This document shows, piece by piece, positions 39,788-47,137 of a stretch of DNA of 47,137 nucleotides (position 1 is the stretch's first letter; the number at the start of each line of letters is the position of its first letter). Source of the stretch: a bacterium (lineage in GTDB: Bacteria; Patescibacteriota; Patescibacteriia; SBBB01); contig SBBB01000016.1 of assembly GCA_005239895.1 (NCBI GenBank), positions 1 to 47,137 of the forward strand. The letters are read 5' to 3'. The position numbers and the translations under genes are program-made. The notes under the pieces were generated by a model that saw only the letters and a program-made list of their open reading frames with translations, was not told the DNA's origin and searched no databases.

Positions 39788-40933
39788 ATGAAGTTAATAT
39801 GTTTACAAGAAAACTTAAACAATGGTTTAAGTATTGTTAGTAGGGTTGTGCTTAAAAATTCAACCCTACCAATTTTAAGTAATATATTATTCAAAGCTGA
39901 AAATAATAATTTAACCTTAACAGCTGTCAATTTAGAAATAGCTGTTATTTATCAGGTTAGATGTAAAATATTTGAAAACGGTGAAATAACCATACCAGTG
40001 GATATATTTTTTAATTATGTAAACACCATACCTAAAGACAAAATTGAAATTATATTAAATAAAAATTCCCTAGAAATTCAATCTAGTAAATACAAAACCA
40101 CGATTATAGGTCAAACCTCAACTGATTTTCCACCCATCCCCAAGATTAATACAGACAGGTGTTATAGTATTGAGTTAAAACAATTTACCAGGCTTTTAAA
40201 CCAAATAATATTTGTGCCACCAATTAATCATATTAGGCATGAAATTAATGGGGTGTTTTTAAGGTTTGAAAAGGATAAAATAATAGCTGTAGCAACCGAT
40301 GGTTATCGTATTATTGAAAAAACAGTCCCCACAAACAACCCCAATATTTCTAGTGACAAAGTTATTATTCCAACCAAAACCCTACAAGAATTATTAAGAA
40401 TAATTAGCGTTATTCAAAAAGATATTTCCGTATCAGACCAGGATGATAATTTTTTACAAATTTATATTTCAGACACACAGGTGGTTTTTAAATACAATAA
40501 TTTTGAATTGATATCTAAAGTAATATCTGGTATTTATCCTAATTATGAAACTTTCATACCCAAAACACATAATACCAAACTAACAATCAATACTGAAGAA
40601 TTTATTAAGGGAGTAAAAATATCTAGTTTGTTTAGTAAGAATAATTTATTTGATATTGTGTTAGAATTTAATCCTGAATCCGGATTGTTTTTGTTAAAAA
40701 GTTCCAACATTCAAATAGGGGAAAATATAAGTGAATATAAAGATGTTCAGATAGAGGGAGATATTAATAAAATTGTTTTAAATCATAAGTATCTTTTGGG
40801 TGGTTTAACCCACATGGAAAGTGAAAATGTGGATTTGGAAATAACAAACCCCAATAGTCCTTGTTTAATAAGGCCAAGCAAAGAGGATAAAAACGAAAAA
40901 ACGGTTTATATAATTTTACCCCTTAGAGAGTAA
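39788..40933 (+). CDS. dnaN: DNA polymerase III beta clamp
   Basis: LPILSNIL, VATDGYR, YPNYE, C-terminal ILPLR. Confidence 0.95.
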   Translation: MKLICLQENLNNGLSIVSRVVLKNSTLPILSNILFKAENNNLTLTAVNLEIAVIYQVRCKIFENGEITIPVDIFFNYVNTIPKDKIEIILNKNSLEIQSSKYKTTIIGQTSTDFPPIPKINTDRCYSIELKQFTRLLNQIIFVPPINHIRHEINGVFLRFEKDKIIAVATDGYRIIEKTVPTNNPNISSDKVIIPTKTLQELLRIISVIQKDISVSDQDDNFLQIYISDTQVVFKYNNFELISKVISGIYPNYETFIPKTHNTKLTINTEEFIKGVKISSLFSKNNLFDIVLEFNPESGLFLLKSSNIQIGENISEYKDVQIEGDINKIVLNHKYLLGGLTHMESENVDLEITNPNSPCLIRPSKEDKNEKTVYIILPLRE

Positions 40934-40946
40934 AAATAAATACGAA

Positions 40947-41060
40947 TCCCGTTAGAAGCCGCGATCGCCAGGATATTAAATATATGATACAATATACAAC
41001 AATTTTACAGTTAATTAAAAATAACGCAGTTGCGAGAATCGCGATCTATTTCTAACGGGA
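40947..41060. mobile_element. 114-bp MITE inserted at a start codon
   Basis: TCCCGTTAGAA..TTCTAACGGGA with (C/T)GAA flanks. Confidence 0.8.
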
Positions 41061-41572
41061 TGAATAATATAAACAAAACACAAAAAGACAAATTAGAGCA
41101 AATTAAAAATTGGGTTATAATCGTTGCGATTGTAGCCTTGGTTTTATTTATAGTTTTTATTATTAAAAATAATAAAAATAGTAGCGTGGCAAGTTTTGAT
41201 CCAACTAAAGAATGCGTTAGTCATGGAAACTTGCTTGTGCATTCACATGTTAATTTAAAAATTATGATTAACAATAAAGAGCAATCTTTGCCTGGTGATA
41301 TTGGTTTTGTTAATCACGCCTGCCTTAGGCCTTTTCACACACATAAAAACGACAATATTTTGCATCTTGAATATCATAAAAATATAGATTTTCAGCTTAA
41401 GGGTTTTTTTGCAGTTTGGGGTAATGTTTTTAACTCCCAACAAATTTTGACTTATAAAATTGACGATAAGCATCGCATTCGCGTAACTGTTAATGAAAAA
41501 GAATCTCAAGATTTTGAAAATATAATTTTAAAAGACAAAGACCAAGTAATTATTTATTACGAGGAAAAGTAA
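41060..41572 (+). CDS. Membrane-anchored protein with HxH..HTH..HxE putative metal site
   Basis: N-terminal TM; HSH, CLRPFHTH, LHLE. Confidence 0.7.
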   Translation: MNNINKTQKDKLEQIKNWVIIVAIVALVLFIVFIIKNNKNSSVASFDPTKECVSHGNLLVHSHVNLKIMINNKEQSLPGDIGFVNHACLRPFHTHKNDNILHLEYHKNIDFQLKGFFAVWGNVFNSQQILTYKIDDKHRIRVTVNEKESQDFENIILKDKDQVIIYYEEK

Positions 41573-41621
41573 TAAATAGTAAAAAGTTAAAAAGTTAGAA
41601 AGTTGAAAGTAATTTAAGATA

Positions 41622-41687
41622 TCCTCCTTCGCTCTGCCGAAGCTCGCAAGAGTGAAGGCGAGCTTCGTCAGGGCTACGAAGGATAAA
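41622..41687. mobile_element. 30-bp palindrome family member carrying a 36-bp inner hairpin
   Basis: TCCTCCTTCGCT[..CGAAGCTCGC..GCGAGCTTCG..]GCTACGAAGGATAAA. Confidence 0.6.
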
Positions 41688-41789
41688 TAAGAGAAGGGTA
41701 AATAAGATTTAAGATATAATTTGTCAAAACAAAGCATAAAATCTACGGCGGGGGTTGACAAAACCATATATAGTATGGTAATATGTTCT

Positions 41790-42101
41790 GATGTTCAACA
41801 GTGGCGTTTATTATGGCCACCTAACCGAGAGGAGGTGATATCGCTTGTTGATACGAGGACCAGATAAGACACATGAAATGGCAACTGTTTGTGGAACACT
41901 AAGGTTGAGCTTAAAATACGACGCGAAATCGTGACGCCCGAGCGACCGCACTGAACTGGCTGCAGAGTTAGTCTATAGCCACGACCAGAGAAAGGAGGCT
42001 CATGACCGAATTTTTCTCGGGCTTTATCTAGCCCGGTTAACCAATTGATAAGGGTGGAGTCTAAAAAGAAAACCACCTCTACCCTTATCAATCAAATTTT
42101 T
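41790..42101 (+). ncRNA. Candidate ~310-nt structured RNA (or small-ORF mRNA)
   Basis: TTGACA-18-TAATAT promoter, GC-rich hairpins, 16-bp terminator stem; no long sense ORF. Confidence 0.55.
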
Positions 42102-42179
42102 ATAAAATTTTATTTTTCAATATTATTTAGTTTTGCAATTTGCAATTTTTAAATATTTTTTTAAATAACTTCAATTATT

Positions 42180-42321
42180 TGTCATTCCCGCGACTTGCCC
42201 TTCGAAGCCTTGCCTGCCCATCGAAGTCTTGACGAAGTTGGGGCGTAGGAGGGAGTCGAGAATCCAGCGTGACAATCACTTAAATACAGCCTGGATCCCC
42301 GGGTCAAGCCCGAGGATGACA
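42180..42321. repeat. REP/dRS3-like doublet with two nested 30-bp elements
   Basis: Removing 42213-42242 and then 42194-42253 restores GTCATTCCCGCGAAGTCGAGAATCCAG. Confidence 0.75.
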
Positions 42322-42360
42322 GAAAAAATAAACAAACCTCCTACTTTCAACTTTAAAACA

Positions 42361-42389
42361 TTGACAAGCCATTAATACTGGGCTATTAT
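42361..42389 (+). promoter_or_regulatory. Sigma70-type promoter of the rpsF operon
   Basis: TTGACA-17-TATTAT. Confidence 0.7.
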
Positions 42390-42405
42390 ATATTTACATA
42401 ATACT

Positions 42406-42879
42406 ATGATTAATTATGAATTATTATATATTGTTAATAACAAATATTCAGAAGCTGAACTAAAAGAGCTTCAAGAAAGAGTTAATGCGCTTTTGGGCAA
42501 TCATAAAAGTGTTGTCAATTCTCATGTTTTGCTTGATAATCCGCGAAGTTTAGCGTACCAAATAGATGGCATTAAAAATACTCGCTATTTTGTGGCTGGT
42601 TTTGAAACTGAAACCACAGAAATGTCAAAACTCCACCACTCCCTTAGATACAGTAAAGATATTTTAAGATATATCTTAACTAAAAAACCATTTAAGAGCG
42701 CTGCTCGCATTGAAAAAGAAAATATAATGAAAGAAAAAGTATTATTAAAAAAGAGAAACAGTAAGAAACAAAACAAAACCACTACAACAGAAAATATTGT
42801 TGTTGACAGTAAACCAAACCTTAATGCTGAAGAAATGGACGTTAAAATAGACCAAATCCTAAAAGAAGATATAATCTAA
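42406..42879 (+). CDS. rpsF: 30S ribosomal protein S6
   Basis: YELLYI, LAYQI, ILRY; rpsF-ssb-rpsR synteny. Confidence 0.9.
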   Translation: MINYELLYIVNNKYSEAELKELQERVNALLGNHKSVVNSHVLLDNPRSLAYQIDGIKNTRYFVAGFETETTEMSKLHHSLRYSKDILRYILTKKPFKSAARIEKENIMKEKVLLKKRNSKKQNKTTTTENIVVDSKPNLNAEEMDVKIDQILKEDII

Positions 42880-42892
42880 TTAAAAAAGATTT

Positions 42893-43318
42893 ATGACTTT
42901 AAATAAAGCTATATTAATAGGAAATTTAACTCGTAATCCTGAAACCAGGACTACAACTTCAGGGCAAAGCGTTACATCTTTTGGTGTGGCTACCAATCGA
43001 TCTTGGACTGATGCTAATGGCATAAGACAAGACAAGGCTGAATTTCATAATATTGTGGTGTGGGGTAAATTAGCCGAAATTTGTCAGCAATATTTAACCA
43101 AGGGTCGCAAGGTTTATATTGAAGGAAGAATACAGAACAGAGAGTGGGAAGACAAAGATGGAACCAAAAAGAATAGATCGGAAATAGTAGCTGAAAATAT
43201 GATTATGTTAGACCGCAGTCCAGATAGTGGTGGGCAGAGGCAACAAACACCTTTCGTATCACAAGAAACTAGTTCAGCCCAAGAAGACGAAATTAAAGTA
43301 GAAGAAATACCTTTTTAG
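42893..43318 (+). CDS. ssb: Single-stranded DNA-binding protein
   Basis: [30 protein letters not shown] tail. Confidence 0.96.
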   Translation: MTLNKAILIGNLTRNPETRTTTSGQSVTSFGVATNRSWTDANGIRQDKAEFHNIVVWGKLAEICQQYLTKGRKVYIEGRIQNREWEDKDGTKKNRSEIVAENMIMLDRSPDSGGQRQQTPFVSQETSSAQEDEIKVEEIPF

Positions 43319-43366
43319 AGCTTCTTAGCTTCTTAGCTTCTTAGCTTCTTAGCTTCTTAGCTTCTA
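43319..43366. repeat. Octamer tandem repeat (AGCTTCTT)x~6
   Basis: Five perfect units plus one near-perfect unit. Confidence 0.9.
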
Positions 43367-43392
43367 ATTATCTATTAATTTATTATTACTTT

Positions 43393-43650
43393 ATGCCAAA
43401 TTACAAACCAAATTTTAAAAAACCTTTAGCGTCAAAACAGGATCTTCAAAACAGAACCTGTTATTTGTGTTCACACAAACTAGAAGATGTTGATTACAAA
43501 GATGCTACGTTGCTCAGGCAGTTTATATCTGGTTATGCCAAAATAGTAAAGCGTCGGATTACCAAAACCTGCGCTAAACATCAAAGGAAAGTCAGTCGCG
43601 CTGTTAAAAGGGCGCGCATAGCTTCTTTATTACCATTTGTGATTGAGTAG
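43393..43650 (+). CDS. rpsR: 30S ribosomal protein S18 (zinc-binding form)
   Basis: CYLC, DYKD, CAKHQR, ARIASLLPF. Confidence 0.95.
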   Translation: MPNYKPNFKKPLASKQDLQNRTCYLCSHKLEDVDYKDATLLRQFISGYAKIVKRRITKTCAKHQRKVSRAVKRARIASLLPFVIE

Positions 43651-43716
43651 TGTTTTTAGTTTCAACCTCATCAATATTTTCTAAATTATTTAATATTTTT
43701 AAAATATTTTTAAACT

Positions 43717-44589
43717 ATGAAATTAATTGATGGAAAATTATTAGCTTCTAAAATTAGATATAAAATTAAGAACAGTTTAATTGGTGAAAAAACTAAACCC
43801 GGTCTAGCTATAATTTTAGTTGGCGACAATAAAGCCTCGCGCTTGTATGTTAGTATTAAAGAAAAAGAAGCCCATGGTTTGAGTTTTTATTTTGAAAAAT
43901 ATATTTTTCCAGGAAATACCAAAGAGTACAAAGTATCAAAATTAATTCAGTCTTTGAACCAGAAGCCTAATATTCATGGTATTGTTATTCAATTACCATT
44001 ACCTAAAAAGTTTAATACTGATAGGTTGGTCGCAACGATTGATCCATTAAAAGACGTGGATGGGTTTCATCCTGAAAATGTTAAAAAATTATTACAATTA
44101 AAAAAATGGACTAGTAAGTCTAAAGATGCAATTATAGTTCCAGCTCTTATTTATGGAATTATAGAAATGATTCAAAGTTTAAGATTGAATTTAAAAAATA
44201 AACAAGCTGTTATTGTTAGCAATACCAAAACGTTTTCAGAACCTTTAAAACATATTTTAATCCTAAAAGGATTGTCAGTTAAGGTTTGGATTAGAGGCAA
44301 ACAATCGATAGAAGTTTTAAAAAACATTACTAAGAAGGCTGATTTATTAATTACAGCTGCGGGTAGTAGTAATTTTATAACTCAAGACATGATTAAAACT
44401 AACAGTGTTGTGATTGATGTTGGCATGAATCGGGTTGGTAAGACTGTAAAAGGTGATGTTGATTTTGACGTTGTGTCTAAAATTGTACACGCTATTACAC
44501 CTGTGCCAGGTGGAGTTGGCCCTATGACTGTTGCATGTTTATTGCGCAACACCTTTGTCGCTATGTTAAAAATAGAAAAGATTAAATAG
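43717..44589 (+). CDS. folD: Methylene-THF dehydrogenase/cyclohydrolase
   Basis: QLPLP, KDVDGFHP, IDVG, TPVPGGVGPMT. Confidence 0.93.
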   Translation: MKLIDGKLLASKIRYKIKNSLIGEKTKPGLAIILVGDNKASRLYVSIKEKEAHGLSFYFEKYIFPGNTKEYKVSKLIQSLNQKPNIHGIVIQLPLPKKFNTDRLVATIDPLKDVDGFHPENVKKLLQLKKWTSKSKDAIIVPALIYGIIEMIQSLRLNLKNKQAVIVSNTKTFSEPLKHILILKGLSVKVWIRGKQSIEVLKNITKKADLLITAAGSSNFITQDMIKTNSVVIDVGMNRVGKTVKGDVDFDVVSKIVHAITPVPGGVGPMTVACLLRNTFVAMLKIEKIK

Positions 44590-44591
44590 TG

Positions 44592-44638
44592 TTTTGAACC
44601 AATGTTTGGACACTGGATGTCCAAACATTGGTTCAAAA
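44592..44638. terminator. Bidirectional terminator between convergent folD and tsaC
   Basis: 21-bp perfect stem TTTTGAACCAATGTTTGGACA/TGTCCAAACATTGGTTCAAAA. Confidence 0.8.
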
Positions 44639-44649
44639 GATCGTGCTAT

Positions 44650-45285
44650 TTATTTTTTAGTTTGGTTGTAAATTTTATTTATTTTTTTTTGATCCATAAG
44701 ACCTTGGCGCACCACAACTGGTTTAGATCCCGTAAAATCTACAACCGTTGAAGATATTGAGTCTAGTTCGCCGCCATCCACAACAAGATGAGGAGTGTTT
44801 TTTGATTTTTCAAAATATTTTTTAATGTCACCAACAGTTTGACCTGTGGGTTGATCTGATAAATTAGCCGCAGTTTCAATAAGTGGTAAACCTAGTTTGT
44901 CTATAATATTTAACACAAGATTATTATTTGGTACTCTTAGGGCTATGGTTTTTTGATTTAAATTATTGCGATTATTTTCGTTTTGACAAAAAATTACAGT
45001 TACTTGCCCGGGCCATATTTTTTTTAAAAATTCTACTTTAGAGCCTGGTATATCAGCCAATTCTTGCGCCATGGCTATGTCTTTAACAAAAACTGGTAAA
45101 GCTTTTTTAATAGGTCTATTTTTTAATTGAAATATTTTATTGCGTACGGTTTCGTTATCATATACACCCACCAGACCATAAACAGTGTCAGTTGGCAAAA
45201 CAACCAGTTTTAGAGCTTTTAAAGCCTTGACAGCTAAAATTGCTAAATTATCTATATTTTGATGGGTTATTTTAATAATTTTCAT
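44650..45285 (-). CDS. tsaC: Threonylcarbamoyl-AMP synthase (YrdC/Sua5)
   Basis: PTDTVYGL, KNRP, WPG, ALRVP, TAANLS, SSTVVD. Confidence 0.9.
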   Translation of the reverse strand: MKIIKITHQNIDNLAILAVKALKALKLVVLPTDTVYGLVGVYDNETVRNKIFQLKNRPIKKALPVFVKDIAMAQELADIPGSKVEFLKKIWPGQVTVIFCQNENNRNNLNQKTIALRVPNNNLVLNIIDKLGLPLIETAANLSDQPTGQTVGDIKKYFEKSKNTPHLVVDGGELDSISSTVVDFTGSKPVVVRQGLMDQKKINKIYNQTKK

Positions 45286-45289
45286 ACTA

Positions 45290-45318
45290 TTGACACATAT
45301 TATATATTATTATATCAT
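45290..45318 (+). promoter_or_regulatory. rRNA promoter
   Basis: TTGACA-17-TATCAT. Confidence 0.7.
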
Positions 45319-45378
45319 ATTTTAGTGACAGAAAGTTATTTGATAATTAAATAGTGATAAGAAAACATATCAATTCTT

Positions 45379-46937
<1,559 letters not shown>

Positions 46938-47090
46938 TAAGGAGTATATAAATTTATTGATTTTATCGTAAATTTAACACAGGTCGTTAGATAGAAATAT
47001 CTTTGAGAGAATTTTATGGGAATTGATATTTTACCTTTCTTATCACTATTTAGTTATCAATTTTTGTAAATAATTATTAAATTGTAATTC

Positions 47091-47137
47091 CTAAAAAGCT
47101 AAAAAGCTAAAAAGCTAAAAAGCTAAAAAGCTAAAAA
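47091..47137. repeat. Octamer tandem repeat (CTAAAAAG)n in the ITS, running off the window
   Basis: Five full units plus a partial unit. Confidence 0.9.

Noticed and set aside
41795-42091. 98-aa minus-strand ORF, or tmRNA/RNase P identity for this region
   Set aside because: Promoter and terminator point to the + strand; no tRNA-like ends or GAGGAAAGUCC motif

Overview
AT-rich chromosomal window from a Patescibacteria (CPR) bacterium. The 16S signatures suggest the Parcubacteria/ABY1 group (recalled, not searched), and genes end in TGA, so the genetic code is standard code 11. The right third is the replication-origin region (rpmH <- dnaA, oriC, dnaN), followed by rpsF-ssb-rpsR-folD, tsaC, a 16S rRNA gene and the start of the ITS. 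The left two thirds are accessory/metabolic: ABC exporter, pyrC, gdh, pyrD, a frameshifted animal-PAICS-like purC-purE fusion, nucleotide salvage and house-cleaning enzymes, many orphan small ORFs with their own promoter, SD and terminator, and a copper/CuA-cupredoxin cluster. The main unexplained structures are: (1) four same-orientation, exactly 36-bp hairpin repeats (GTCTACA..GCGATAGCAGA..TGTAGAY), two of which tightly bracket a lone wHTH-Cas2/PaaX-like gene, plus related 35-36-bp hairpins with the same core; (2) two unannotated structured RNAs with promoter and terminator (25.5 kb, with anti-SD motifs; 41.8 kb, with 10-nt matches to the 16S 3' end); (3) an attenuator-like leader before an ATP-grasp gene; (4) at least three families of small nested mobile palindromes, which insert at start codons, at -35 boxes and in-frame inside gdh. 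All functional calls come from motif recognition only; no searches were run.
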